A DNA stretch of 64,000 bases, taken from NCBI GenBank assembly GCA_963787445.1, contig CAWBCT010000005.1, forward strand, positions 512,001 to 576,000, read 5' to 3'. The translations under genes were made by a program, and so were the position numbers. This document shows positions 37,174 to 46,773 of the stretch, piece after piece (the stretch's first letter is position 1; each line of letters begins with the position of its first letter). Below the pieces are notes generated by a model, which was not told the DNA's origin, searched no databases, and saw only the letters and a list, made by a program, of their open reading frames with translations. This stretch comes from an uncultured archaeon. GTDB taxonomy: Archaea; Micrarchaeota; Micrarchaeia; Micrarchaeales; CABMGC01.

Positions 37174-37539
37174 ATGCTGCAGAGCGCGCAAAGGAGGAAG
37201 CAGAGGCTGTACAGGTTCACTGCCCCTATGCACGTTCGCCAGAAGTTCACCCATTCCCATATTTCAAAGGATCTTGCCAAGAAGCTAGGCATAAAGAGGA
37301 GGAGCGCGCAGACGCACAAGGGCGACACGGTCATCGTGATGGCCGGCGCAAACAAGGGCAAGACCGGAAAGATAAATCTGGTAAACACAAGGACAGGAAT
37401 CATATTCATTGACGGGATAATGCGCAAGAACGCGAAGGGCAAGGAGCAGCCCATCCCGATAAAGGCTTCAGCAGTTTACATAACCGAGATGGACCTGGCG
37501 GACAAGTACCGCAAGGAGAAGCTCGGAATAAAGTCCTGA
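37174..37539 (+). CDS. rpl24: 50S ribosomal protein L24
   Basis: RKQR...APMHVRQK, KGDTVIVMAG KOW motif; ATG 37174. Confidence 0.95.
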   Translation: MLQSAQRRKQRLYRFTAPMHVRQKFTHSHISKDLAKKLGIKRRSAQTHKGDTVIVMAGANKGKTGKINLVNTRTGIIFIDGIMRKNAKGKEQPIPIKASAVYITEMDLADKYRKEKLGIKS

Positions 37540-37543
37540 TACC

Positions 37544-38215
37544 ATGGCAAACAAAGGAGGAAGAAGGCACATCTTGAGGCTCGCTTCGAGCAAGTACATG
37601 AAGCTAGCCAGGAAGTCCGCGCCCTACGTGATGAAGCCCAAGCCGGGCCGCCACACCCTAGACTCAAGCATCTCCATTTCAACAGTCCTGAGAGAAAAGC
37701 TCCACGTCGCCCAGAACCTCCGAGAGGCGGAACTCATGATGCGCGCCGGCTCTGTCAAGGTAAACGGCAAGGTGATCAAGTCAGCCAACTACCCTGTCGG
37801 GTTCGGAGACGCAATAGAGCTCGTCCCAACCAAGGAGCAGTATCACGTTTCAGTGATGAAGGCGGGCGCATTCGCCCTCACGAAGAGCAAGGAGCACCAG
37901 CACTTCAAGATAATCAGAAAGTATGTCACAAAGGGAAGCAAACTTATGATCCAGCTGCATGACGGCACCGTGCTTCCGGGCACCAAGGAGATGCGCGTGA
38001 ACGACACGGTGAGCCTGAAGTCGGGCAAGGCCGAGCACGTGATCCACATGGAGAACGGCAAGGAGTGCTTCGTCATGAAGGGAACCCACGCTTCAGAAAC
38101 AGGAACAATCAAGCAGATAAACCTCGGAACATCGCAGAAGTCGGCTCTCGTTAAAATCGAGGGCAGCTCTGGTGAGTTCGAGACGCTGCTCGATAACATA
38201 ATGGTTGTTGGTTAA
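37544..38215 (+). CDS. rps4e: 30S ribosomal protein S4e
   Basis: PKPGRH, VKVNGK, YPVGFGD, IQLHDG. Confidence 0.94.
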   Translation: MANKGGRRHILRLASSKYMKLARKSAPYVMKPKPGRHTLDSSISISTVLREKLHVAQNLREAELMMRAGSVKVNGKVIKSANYPVGFGDAIELVPTKEQYHVSVMKAGAFALTKSKEHQHFKIIRKYVTKGSKLMIQLHDGTVLPGTKEMRVNDTVSLKSGKAEHVIHMENGKECFVMKGTHASETGTIKQINLGTSQKSALVKIEGSSGEFETLLDNIMVVG

Positions 38216-38216
38216 A

Positions 38217-38732
38217 ATGGCAGATAATCCGATGCTTCAAATATATCTTGACAAGGTAGTCATCAACATAGGCATAGGCCAGAACGAGAACCAGCTCGAG
38301 AACGCAAAGGCGCTGATAAAGAAGCTGACAAACCGCGACGCCGGCACCACCGTGTCGAAGCGCAGGGACCCGGAACTCAAGCTGAGGAAGGGCCAGCACA
38401 TAGGCGCGGTCTCGACGCTGAGAAAGGACGAGGCAAAGGATCTGCTTAAGAGGGCTCTGGACGCAAACAACAACCTGATAACGAGAAATGCTATTGCGGG
38501 CAACTCTGTGAATTTCGGGGTAAAAGAGTACATCTACTTCACAGGAGTCAAGTACGATCCCAAGATCGGAATTCTCGGAATGAACATAAACGCCGCATTC
38601 GCCAGGAAGGGCGGACGAACAGCGCACAGGAAGCGCCGGGCGAGCACCCCGGGAGTGCACCACAGCAGGATAAAGCGCGAGGAGATCCTCAAGTACCTTG
38701 AGGACAACTTCAAGGTGAAGGTTCAGGAATAG
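38217..38732 (+). CDS. rpl5: 50S ribosomal protein L5
   Basis: NPM, KVVINIGIG, NFGVKEY, YDPKIGILGM. Confidence 0.95.
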   Translation: MADNPMLQIYLDKVVINIGIGQNENQLENAKALIKKLTNRDAGTTVSKRRDPELKLRKGQHIGAVSTLRKDEAKDLLKRALDANNNLITRNAIAGNSVNFGVKEYIYFTGVKYDPKIGILGMNINAAFARKGGRTAHRKRRASTPGVHHSRIKREEILKYLEDNFKVKVQE

Positions 38733-38740
38733 TGATATTT

Positions 38741-38896
38741 ATGCAGGTAAGTTTTGACGATAAACTCAAGGGCCGCGGCAACAGGAAGTGCAGGCTGTGC
38801 GGAACCTCCCGAGGGCTCATACGCAGCTACAACCTGAGAATATGCAGGCGCTGTTTCCGTGAGGCCGCGAGGGACCTGGGCTTCGAGAAGTATTAG
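38741..38896 (+). CDS. rps14: 30S ribosomal protein S14 (zinc-binding type)
   Basis: Not in the ORF track. MQVSFDDKLKGRGNRKCRLCGTSRGLIRSYNLRICRRCFREAARDLGFEKY. Confidence 0.96.
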   Translation: MQVSFDDKLKGRGNRKCRLCGTSRGLIRSYNLRICRRCFREAARDLGFEKY

Positions 38897-38904
38897 TGGT
38901 TATA

Positions 38905-39285
38905 ATGGACATTCTATCAGACGTATTGAACCAGATAAAGGTCGCCGAGATCTACGGTGCATATGAGTGCACGGTGCCGTCGACCAAGCTGATACGATCC
39001 GTGCTCGAGACCATGAAGAAGCACAAGTACATCGAGGACTTCACCCCGCTCAAGGAGGGCAAGTTCGACAAGCTGAAGGTAAAGCTTTCAAAGAAGATCA
39101 ACGACCTGGGCACAATCAAGCCTCGCTACGCCGTAGGGGCGCGCGATTTCACTAAGTTCGAGATGAGATACATCCCGAGCAAGGATTTCGGCATCCTGAT
39201 CGTCTCGACGCCCCAGGGCATAATGACGAACCACGAGGCCATGGCCGCGAAGACGGGCGGCAGGCTGATAGCCTACATGTACTGA
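38905..39285 (+). CDS. rps8: 30S ribosomal protein S8
   Basis: IKPRY, GILIVSTPQGIMT, GGRLIAY. Confidence 0.96.
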   Translation: MDILSDVLNQIKVAEIYGAYECTVPSTKLIRSVLETMKKHKYIEDFTPLKEGKFDKLKVKLSKKINDLGTIKPRYAVGARDFTKFEMRYIPSKDFGILIVSTPQGIMTNHEAMAAKTGGRLIAYMY

Positions 39286-39294
39286 CTGATTAAC

Positions 39295-39819
39295 ATGCAC
39301 GAACTTACCATACCAACTGGTGTCCAGGTCGGAATCAACGAGAACGTTGTCTCCATCAAGGGCAAGCTTGGCTCCACCTCAAAGGCGTTCAACACGAGGC
39401 TGGTGGTAATCAAGATGGACGCAGGGAAGCTCTCCATAACCGAGGGGCCCAACAAGAAGCTGGTCAAGCGCGCAGGATACGCAACAAAGGCATTCGCTTC
39501 AGAGCTTCAGACCGCGATGGAAGGAGTCCAGGCGGGAATCACAAGAAAGATGGTAATATTCTACGCTCACTTCCCGATGACCATTGAGGTCAAGGGCAAG
39601 AAGATCTTCATAAAGAACATCTTCGGAGAGAAGACCGCGCGTGAAACCAGCATAGTCGGCGACACGACGGTAGAGATCAAGGGTGCAGACATCACCGTCA
39701 AGGGTGTGGACCGCTACGACGTGGGCCAGACCATCGGCAACATAAGGAAGGCATGCTTCGCAAGGGGCAACGACACGAGGGTGTTCCAGGACGGGGCATA
39801 CGTCGCAAAGGAGGAATAA
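39295..39819 (+). CDS. rpl6: 50S ribosomal protein L6
   Basis: YAHFPM, KNIFGEK, DTRVFQDGAY. Confidence 0.95.
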   Translation: MHELTIPTGVQVGINENVVSIKGKLGSTSKAFNTRLVVIKMDAGKLSITEGPNKKLVKRAGYATKAFASELQTAMEGVQAGITRKMVIFYAHFPMTIEVKGKKIFIKNIFGEKTARETSIVGDTTVEIKGADITVKGVDRYDVGQTIGNIRKACFARGNDTRVFQDGAYVAKEE

Positions 39820-39820
39820 A

Positions 39821-40177
39821 ATGAACGTTAAAAGAAAGGTAAGGTTTGTAGTGCCCAATCTGGGTGCAAAGTCACGCAAGGGCGTCAAGGACAGATGGCG
39901 CCACCAGAGGGGCATCGACAACCACAAGCGCGAGAAGCGCGGCGGCTACGGCGAGATGCCACGAATAGGTTGGAAGAACACCCGCGAACAGCGCAACCTC
40001 GGAGCGGACGGGAGAGCGCGCATACTCGTACACAACCGGGCGGAGCTGATGGAAGCGGTAAAGATGCCCAATGTTTCAATAATATTCTCAAAGACGCTTT
40101 CAGCAAGGTCAAGAATTGCACTTCAGTCAGATGCGGACAAGCACGGCGCAAAGGTAGCCAATAGGGTGAAACAATGA
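39821..40177 (+). CDS. rpl32e: 50S ribosomal protein L32e
   Basis: WRHQRGIDNH, MPRIGW, LVHN; operon position. Confidence 0.9.
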   Translation: MNVKRKVRFVVPNLGAKSRKGVKDRWRHQRGIDNHKREKRGGYGEMPRIGWKNTREQRNLGADGRARILVHNRAELMEAVKMPNVSIIFSKTLSARSRIALQSDADKHGAKVANRVKQ

Positions 40178-40671
40178 CGATTAAATTTGCAAGGCGCGTA
40201 GCAGCAGAGATCACAAAGAGGGGAGTGAACTCGATACGCATAGCGCCCACAAAGATGGAGGACGTCAAGAAGGCGATGACCCGGGACGACGTCCGCAAAC
40301 TGATCAAGGACGGATCCATAGTGGCGGTACTTCCAAAGCACAACGTCAGCCAGAACTCAAAGGACCTTAAGATAAGAAGGAGCAAGGGAAGGGGCAGAGG
40401 GCCCGGACACAGAAAGGGAACGTTCAAGGCCAGGCAGGGAGACACGCTCTGGATAAAGAAGGCGCGCTCGCAGAGGATGCTCCTGAAGAAGCTCCGCTCG
40501 ATGGGCAAGATAGACCGGCAGACCTTCAATTCATACTACATGAGGATAAAGGGAAACAGCTTCTCGGACAAGGCCTCCCTGCTTCTCCACCTGAAGGAGA
40601 ATGGGTTTGCGGTAAGCGAGGCGGAGCTTGCCGAGATAAAGGCGTTCGTGAAGGAGCAGTACAACAAGTGA
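40174..40671 (+). CDS. rpl19e: 50S ribosomal protein L19e
   Basis: AMTRDDVRKLIKDG, GRGRGPGHRKGTFKAR. Confidence 0.95.
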   Translation: MTIKFARRVAAEITKRGVNSIRIAPTKMEDVKKAMTRDDVRKLIKDGSIVAVLPKHNVSQNSKDLKIRRSKGRGRGPGHRKGTFKARQGDTLWIKKARSQRMLLKKLRSMGKIDRQTFNSYYMRIKGNSFSDKASLLLHLKENGFAVSEAELAEIKAFVKEQYNK

Positions 40672-40675
40672 TGAT

Positions 40676-41245
40676 ATGGTAGTTAGAAAGAACATAGGAT
40701 TCAAGAGGCGACGCCAGGCGCTCACGAACTACCGCAAGAGGCTTGCACTGGTCAAGAGCAACGTCGAGAGGATTGCGCTCCGCAGGTCAAACAGGAGGAT
40801 AATCGCAGAGGTCATCAGGTACGAGCCAACAGGGGACAAGATAGTTGCCTATGTTGACTCAAACCAGCTCGCCGCATTCAGCTGGCCTGCGCGCAGCAAC
40901 CGCTCGACAGCCTACCTAACAGGACTTCTGCTCGCGAAGACGCTGGCGAAGAAGCAGCTGAACAGGAACGATTACATACTTGACATAGGATTGAGCTCAC
41001 CGGTGAAGAACTCGACGCCTTTCACCTTCGCAAAGGGGTGCATAGACGGCGGGATAAAGCTGCGCTCTGGGGTGGAGGTGGACGAGAAGGTCTACGGACT
41101 GGTCAGCGCCTACTCAACCCAGCTGAAGAAAGACGACGATGCAACCTACAAGAAGCAGTTCAGCGCTTACCTAAAGGACGGCATCGCGCCGGAGACGCTC
41201 GAGCATCTCTTTAAGCAGACCAAGGAAAAAATAATGAAGTCGTGA
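40676..41245 (+). CDS. rpl18: 50S ribosomal protein L18
   Basis: KRRRQALTNYRKRL, RRSNR, AYLTGLL, LDIG. Confidence 0.95.
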   Translation: MVVRKNIGFKRRRQALTNYRKRLALVKSNVERIALRRSNRRIIAEVIRYEPTGDKIVAYVDSNQLAAFSWPARSNRSTAYLTGLLLAKTLAKKQLNRNDYILDIGLSSPVKNSTPFTFAKGCIDGGIKLRSGVEVDEKVYGLVSAYSTQLKKDDDATYKKQFSAYLKDGIAPETLEHLFKQTKEKIMKS

Positions 41246-41249
41246 TATT

Positions 41250-41897
41250 TTGGCAATGGAAATGGATGAGTATTCAGACGAGCAGGCATGGAACCCCAAG
41301 ACAAAGGTAGGAAAGCTAGTGCAGGGGGGCCAGATACGCAGCATCGAGGAGATCTCGGCCAGCGGGAAGACCATCAAGGAGGTGGGCATAGTCGATGCGC
41401 TCATCCCCAAACTTGAGGACAAGGTGCTTGAGATCGCCTCAGTCCAGAGAATGACGAAGAACAAGAGAAGGCAGAAGTTCAGGGTCACCGTGGTGGTCGG
41501 GGACAGGAACGGCCACGTGGGAATCGGAGTGGGCAAGGACCTGGAAGTCAAGCCCGCCATCGAGACCGCGATCAAGGACGCAAAGAGGAATATCATTTCA
41601 ATAACCTTGGGCTGCGGCTCCTGGGAGTGCAACTGCGGGACAAACCACACCCTGCCGCTCACCAGGTCTGCAAAGTGCGGCAGCGTCGCCGTCACGCTTA
41701 AGCCTGCTCCAAGGGGAGTCGGCATAGTCGCCGCGGAGACGATGAAGTCGGTGCTCGAGCTCGCGGGAGTGAAGGACGTCTGGACCTATTCCAGGGGCAG
41801 GACGAGAAACATCTACAACATCTCCATGGCCACCTACGAGGCGCTGAAGAGCGTCGCCGGGATAAAGAACTCGGAAACCCTCAAAGCCCTCCAGTAA
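41250..41897 (+). CDS. rps5: 30S ribosomal protein S5
   Basis: WNPKTKVG, VQRMT, GCGSWEC, LKPAPRGVG. Confidence 0.96.
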   Translation: MAMEMDEYSDEQAWNPKTKVGKLVQGGQIRSIEEISASGKTIKEVGIVDALIPKLEDKVLEIASVQRMTKNKRRQKFRVTVVVGDRNGHVGIGVGKDLEVKPAIETAIKDAKRNIISITLGCGSWECNCGTNHTLPLTRSAKCGSVAVTLKPAPRGVGIVAAETMKSVLELAGVKDVWTYSRGRTRNIYNISMATYEALKSVAGIKNSETLKALQ

Positions 41898-41958
41898 TTC
41901 TGATCTGCGCCGCTGAGGATAATCTTATAAATCAGCTTCGCGTATTACTCCTTGAAGT

Positions 41959-42029
41959 GCCTCAGTGGTGTAGCGGCAGCATAAGGGGTTGTGGACCCCT
42001 AGGTCCGGGTTCGACCCCCGGCTAAGGCC
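41959..42029 (+). tRNA. tRNA-His(GTG)
   Basis: AGGGG-TTGTGGA-CCCCT anticodon arm, GGTTCGACCC T arm, discriminator C; one C-A mismatch in the acceptor stem. Confidence 0.9.
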
Positions 42030-42080
42030 TTCTCTCACTCAATCTTAAAAACCTTCCCATTCTATTAGATATGTGATAAA

Positions 42081-42476
42081 ATGGCAAAGAAGACTAAAGA
42101 AGTAGCGCCCAAGCGCCCCTGGCTTTCATTCGCTTTCACCTTCGTTGGTAGCGTCATCTTTCTAGGAGTAGTGTCCATGAGCAGCCTGCTGCTCAACGGC
42201 TCCACGAGCCTATGGCAACCTCTGCTTTATTCTGCGGCGATAATCGGCTCACTTGTGGTCTTTGTAGGAAACATCGTAAACCTGGCCTGCCCGGGCTCCT
42301 TCCCGGGAAGGAAGCTCGCAAAGGTCGGGCTGGTCACCGGCTTCAGCCTTATTGCGCTGACCTTCGCGCTGGCAAACCCGACTGTCTTCTCGCTCTCTGT
42401 CCTGGGCTTCCTCCTGGTGTTCTTTGGAAGCTCGATGGCTTCGCGCTGCGGTTGTGAATGCGGCTGCTGCGAGTAA
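42081..42476 (+). CDS. Four-TM membrane protein with Cys-rich tail
   Basis: Four hydrophobic segments; ends CGCECGCCE. Confidence 0.6.
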   Translation: MAKKTKEVAPKRPWLSFAFTFVGSVIFLGVVSMSSLLLNGSTSLWQPLLYSAAIIGSLVVFVGNIVNLACPGSFPGRKLAKVGLVTGFSLIALTFALANPTVFSLSVLGFLLVFFGSSMASRCGCECGCCE

Positions 42477-42555
42477 GTTCCGAGTCGCCTGTCTTTTTGA
42501 CCTCTTCCAGCTAGTTTTACCAAAGCCATAAAAATCTAAACTGTAATGCAGTACC

Positions 42556-44232
42556 ATGGCATTGTTCCTCCTTTCCCTAGGCGCCGTTGATGCGCTGGCT
42601 CCAGTGCTGGTCATCATCGTTCTCATAGGCGCCGCAGCGGGGATCACGCGGGGCTTCAGCTTCCTGGACCTGTTCGGGATAAGCACACTGGCCAACATCA
42701 TGGGGCGGAAGACCAAGGCCTCGTTCGCAAAGGGTACGTTCAGCAAGGACATAGTGCAGGCGCCGTTTGGAGGCCCAAGGGGAGGCAAAAAATTTAGCGT
42801 CCCTTTGAATAAAGGCGCGGCCCAGATTGGAGGCGCCCAGGCTCCAAAGGGAGGCAAAAAAGCAACAAAGTTTAGCCCTGTTAAAAACCTTCTTATGCCC
42901 AGCCCGGTGGTGAGCGGCATACCTGGATATCTTTTCACCAAGTCCAAAGCAACCGGCACGAACGTCAAAACAGCCTATAGCAGGACCAAGCAGGCAAGGA
43001 AAGCAGCCGGCAAGCGGGTCTCCACCGCGTACAAGAGCGCCCCGGGCATGTTCGTCAACCGGCGCGGCAGGGCAGCCTTCAGCGAGGCCTACAACAAGGC
43101 AAGCAAGACGACCGCAACCGCAGCGGGCAAGATGGCCTACGATAGGGCAACCCGCATAGCCAAGAGTCCGCACCCTGCAAAGTTGGCCACGCGCTATGCA
43201 AGGCGCGCAATATACAAGAGCGGTTTCAGGCGCCCCGGGTTCACCGAGCGGGTTGTGCGACGCGGTGTCCACCAAACCAAGCAGAAGGTCGCACAGAAGG
43301 CCGGTGAATACCACGCCGGCTACGTAAATTACGCGAAAAGAAACGCAACCCCACCAAAGCTGAAACCCCACCAGCGCGTAACGCTTAACCAGATCCGGCA
43401 AAGGAGCCCGGCCAAATCCTCCGCATCCCCCTCTCCGCCGCCATACCTTGAGCCACCGCCGGCTACCCCGCTAGCGGCTGCGGCGGTAACTGCAGGGGCC
43501 GCCGTAGCTGGGGCTCCAAAGCCAGACTGGAAGAACTACGAAGCCTACTTCCAGGGGTCTGATGGAATTGCCACACCACAAGCTCCGGGAATCAGCACCC
43601 AGGAGATGGTGGGTGCGCTTTGCGCCAGTAAAGAGAACTTTGAGAATCTTTACGCTGGGAAGCAGTTTATACAATTTGGAAGCCCTACCACCGGCGACGC
43701 CGAGGGCGGGTTCAAGGTGCACATCCGTGTAAGCGATAGTGATTACGAAAAATTTGCCATGGAGTACCTGCCCAGCCTCGCCCAGCAGGCAGAGAAGAAC
43801 AAGATAGATTTCAAGATAGTTGGATCCAAAGGCGAGAAGGCCTTCTCTGTGGACAACTGCCTTGAGCAGGCAGAGGCAGGCGGCAGGGAGGTATCCTCAC
43901 AGGTCGGAAAGATGATAACCATATACGTGCCTGAGAACAAGAGCGAGTTGGTTGCTGACATAGTCAACAACGCAGAGAAGGCGGCCCAGAGGATAAAGCC
44001 AAAGTCAACGCTCCAGGAACTGCGCGACAAGGGCGTAAAGGACCCGAACTCCGTGATGAAGGAGGTTCTGTTGGGCCAGAGCAACATTGTTTCGGTAAGA
44101 TGGTCATCTGATTTCTACGGAAGAGACCACGCGCTTGATGTCAAGGAGAGAAAGGCGGATGCGGCAGACGTGATAAACGCAGATCCCAAGCGCAAGCAGA
44201 TGTTTGACTCGATAAAGAACAAGATAAAGTAA
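42556..44232 (+). CDS. Membrane-anchored protein: basic low-complexity stalk, Pro-rich linker, C-terminal phosphothreonine-lyase-like (OspF/LanL) domain
   Basis: N-terminal TM; K/R/A-rich middle; PSPPPYLEPPP; GFKVHI...DFKIV...QVGKMITIY...IVSVRW. Confidence 0.6.
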   Translation: MALFLLSLGAVDALAPVLVIIVLIGAAAGITRGFSFLDLFGISTLANIMGRKTKASFAKGTFSKDIVQAPFGGPRGGKKFSVPLNKGAAQIGGAQAPKGGKKATKFSPVKNLLMPSPVVSGIPGYLFTKSKATGTNVKTAYSRTKQARKAAGKRVSTAYKSAPGMFVNRRGRAAFSEAYNKASKTTATAAGKMAYDRATRIAKSPHPAKLATRYARRAIYKSGFRRPGFTERVVRRGVHQTKQKVAQKAGEYHAGYVNYAKRNATPPKLKPHQRVTLNQIRQRSPAKSSASPSPPPYLEPPPATPLAAAAVTAGAAVAGAPKPDWKNYEAYFQGSDGIATPQAPGISTQEMVGALCASKENFENLYAGKQFIQFGSPTTGDAEGGFKVHIRVSDSDYEKFAMEYLPSLAQQAEKNKIDFKIVGSKGEKAFSVDNCLEQAEAGGREVSSQVGKMITIYVPENKSELVADIVNNAEKAAQRIKPKSTLQELRDKGVKDPNSVMKEVLLGQSNIVSVRWSSDFYGRDHALDVKERKADAADVINADPKRKQMFDSIKNKIK

Positions 44233-44298
44233 CCGTCGGCTCTGCAACTAGCACGACAGCTTGCATACATTTATATCAATAACGCAGTAAATACTTTC

Positions 44299-45534
44299 AT
44301 GCAAAGAAGCGCAGTAATTAGTGCACTGTTTCTGATGGCTCTTCTTTCCGTAAGCGTGCTGCACGCCCAGTCCTGCCCGCCACCCGCCGCTTCCACCTAC
44401 GCAACCGCATTGTCCAGCTCCACTTCCGGCATCGCGGTCGCAGCCTCGGCCATCGCGCTTATGGTCTCCTTCGCGGTGGTGGGCACGGGGTACATCGTAA
44501 GCAAGCTCTTTCCATCTGCAGGCCTCAGCCGCTGGCTGCAGAACGAGTACAAGGAGATTGCCAAGACGGCGATCCTGATAGTCGTCATATTCTCCGTGAT
44601 AGCCATAGTAAGCAACGTGGCGCTTCTGCTTACCGGCGCGCAGGGAGGGACGAGCTATGTCTCAAACCTGGGCGCGCTTACAACCCAATCCGAGCAGTAT
44701 CTCTGCACCGTAAATGCCAATGTCATCAGCGGACTGACAGCCATGACGGACCTGGAACTGGGCTACGGGCTTCTCAACAGCATAAGCATAACCTACTCTG
44801 GGTTTCCCATCCCTCCAGTGCCGCTTCCCCCTGCATTCTTCTGGGTGCCTGTTTTTAAGTCCGGAGCCTCGTTCACACTTCTAAAGAACGACTTTCTGAA
44901 CGTGCTCACTGCGCCAGGTCAACCGCCCTCACTGATGACGGATATCATAACCCTGATATACTTCCCGGTTGTCAACCTGTACACCGTGCAGATAACTTTG
45001 CTGCCGTTCCTAATATGGATAGGCATAGTAGTGCTAATTCCCATGGGCCTGGTGCTGCGTGCCTTGCCGTTGGTTCGCGGCCTCGGCGGGACCCTGGTGG
45101 CGTTGGGGCTGCTGTTTGCCCTGATCTGGCCGTCTATCCTGGTTCTTTTCAATGCACCAATCACCAATTATTTCTACAATGTGCTCAATTTGCAAATCGT
45201 GACCCCGCATGCGGCCTGCACCTCGTTCGGGAGCTCGATCTTCGCTCCAATCTGCACGGGCCTTAGCTCGTTTTTCACCTCGTTCGGAGGATTCCTTACC
45301 CCGGTCACCAATGCTGCCGGCACCGCCGTCGCTTCCGAAGCCATCTCGCTCTCCACCCTATTCTCGATATACCCGGCGCTCAACTACATCCTCGCCTGGA
45401 CGATCTACCCCATCTTCCTTCTTTTCTTCCTATTAATATTTGACCTGCTGATAGCGTACACGATAACCGACAACATCGCCAGGCTGCTGGGCGGCTCGGT
45501 GCGTCTCTCCATAGGCAAACTCAAGCTGATATGA
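44299..45534 (+). CDS. CedA/VirB6-like multi-pass membrane protein, paralogue 1
   Basis: RWLQNEYKEIAKT and GLVLRALPLVRGLGGTLVALG..IWP motifs shared with its neighbours. Confidence 0.55.
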   Translation: MQRSAVISALFLMALLSVSVLHAQSCPPPAASTYATALSSSTSGIAVAASAIALMVSFAVVGTGYIVSKLFPSAGLSRWLQNEYKEIAKTAILIVVIFSVIAIVSNVALLLTGAQGGTSYVSNLGALTTQSEQYLCTVNANVISGLTAMTDLELGYGLLNSISITYSGFPIPPVPLPPAFFWVPVFKSGASFTLLKNDFLNVLTAPGQPPSLMTDIITLIYFPVVNLYTVQITLLPFLIWIGIVVLIPMGLVLRALPLVRGLGGTLVALGLLFALIWPSILVLFNAPITNYFYNVLNLQIVTPHAACTSFGSSIFAPICTGLSSFFTSFGGFLTPVTNAAGTAVASEAISLSTLFSIYPALNYILAWTIYPIFLLFFLLIFDLLIAYTITDNIARLLGGSVRLSIGKLKLI

Positions 45535-46772
45535 TGGATCTAACCCTCCTCTTCCAAACGGTGCAGGCCTGTTCCCCCTCGGCACTGAACGTGAACAACT
45601 GGATAGGCATAAACGTGCTCGTTGTGCTTGCGTTTCTGGGAGTCGCCTCATTCATCTACGCGACCAGCAACCTGATGTCGAACACCTACCGCGAGCGGGT
45701 CCGCAAGATACTGCGCGGCGAGTACACCGAGTGCATGATAAGCATCTTCCTCATAACCTCGCTCATAACGATCAGCTACGCCTCGTGCAACATCGGCGCC
45801 AGCCTCTCCGGCCTCGGTAGCAACTACCAGAACGTCTTCCAGGCGGACAACTACTACATCGGCACGCTCCTGTTCTCAAAAGGCACCGGCATAGTCTCCG
45901 GGCTGATAACCCAGGGGCTCTTCCTCTCCATTGACGGCCTGATCGCAAATCAGGTGCTTTCCTCGTATAACGCCTACATCAACAACCAGCTCCCTAATGA
46001 GGGGACCATAGCAGGCACACCCAATCCGCAGGTGGGACAGCCGGCCTACGCGATTGAGGCCGAATACGATGGCGATATCTACACCGTATACAACTCCTAC
46101 GCCGATGTATACACCACCTATGCTGGGTTCATAGTCCTGGGCTTCGGGGTGCTCTTCGTCCTCTTCTTCATGCTCCCCATAATAAGTTCCACCGCTCTTG
46201 TCCTGCTCGTTCCTGTCGCGATAATAATGCGTTCCCTGGCATTCTCCGGGCCCAAGCTCCGCGAGGCCGCGAACGCGCTTCTGGCCCTCTCCATCGCGCT
46301 TTACTTTGTCTTTCCACTGGCAATCTCCATGAACGGGTACGTAGTGAGCTGGGTGTACTGCACCCAGAGCCCCTACCAGTTGTCTGTGGCGAATGCCCCG
46401 TCCGCGCCGTCGACCTCGTGCAACCCATACCCCCAGTACGTAAGCGCCTACGCAATCAACAGCATACCGATCTCGACGTTCTTCGCGCAAAACGCGATCT
46501 CGGAGTACAACTCCGGCGCGCTCCAGAGCAACTTCCTCGGCGCCGCAAACCTGGGGACCGGAAACATAGTGAATACGGTCACAACCCTTGTACAGGGGCT
46601 TGTCGGACTGCCCTCCCTGATCTCCAATTACACCAACCAGGTTGCCGAGTACCTGTTTGAGTGCGTGGTGCTTGTCGCGCTGGACTTCGCGATAACCATG
46701 GGCTTTGCCCAAAGTCTTTATAAGGGCCTGAACTCCATCTCAGGAGTGCTCGGCGCGGGTTCGTTCTGGTGA
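45531..46772 (+). CDS. CedA/VirB6-like membrane protein, paralogue 2
   Basis: RKILRGEYTEC and IIMRSLAFSGPKLREAANALLAL..VFP. Confidence 0.5.
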   Translation: MMDLTLLFQTVQACSPSALNVNNWIGINVLVVLAFLGVASFIYATSNLMSNTYRERVRKILRGEYTECMISIFLITSLITISYASCNIGASLSGLGSNYQNVFQADNYYIGTLLFSKGTGIVSGLITQGLFLSIDGLIANQVLSSYNAYINNQLPNEGTIAGTPNPQVGQPAYAIEAEYDGDIYTVYNSYADVYTTYAGFIVLGFGVLFVLFFMLPIISSTALVLLVPVAIIMRSLAFSGPKLREAANALLALSIALYFVFPLAISMNGYVVSWVYCTQSPYQLSVANAPSAPSTSCNPYPQYVSAYAINSIPISTFFAQNAISEYNSGALQSNFLGAANLGTGNIVNTVTTLVQGLVGLPSLISNYTNQVAEYLFECVVLVALDFAITMGFAQSLYKGLNSISGVLGAGSFW

Positions 46773-46773
46773 T

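Noticed and set aside
42769-42876. Short imperfect direct repeat (GGAGGCAAAAAA...TTTAGC)
   Set aside because: Two copies within low-complexity coding sequence; not an array or mobile-element end
42556-44232. Class III/IV lanthipeptide synthetase locus
   Set aside because: Only the lyase-like domain is present; no kinase, cyclase, precursor peptide or dedicated transporter adjacent
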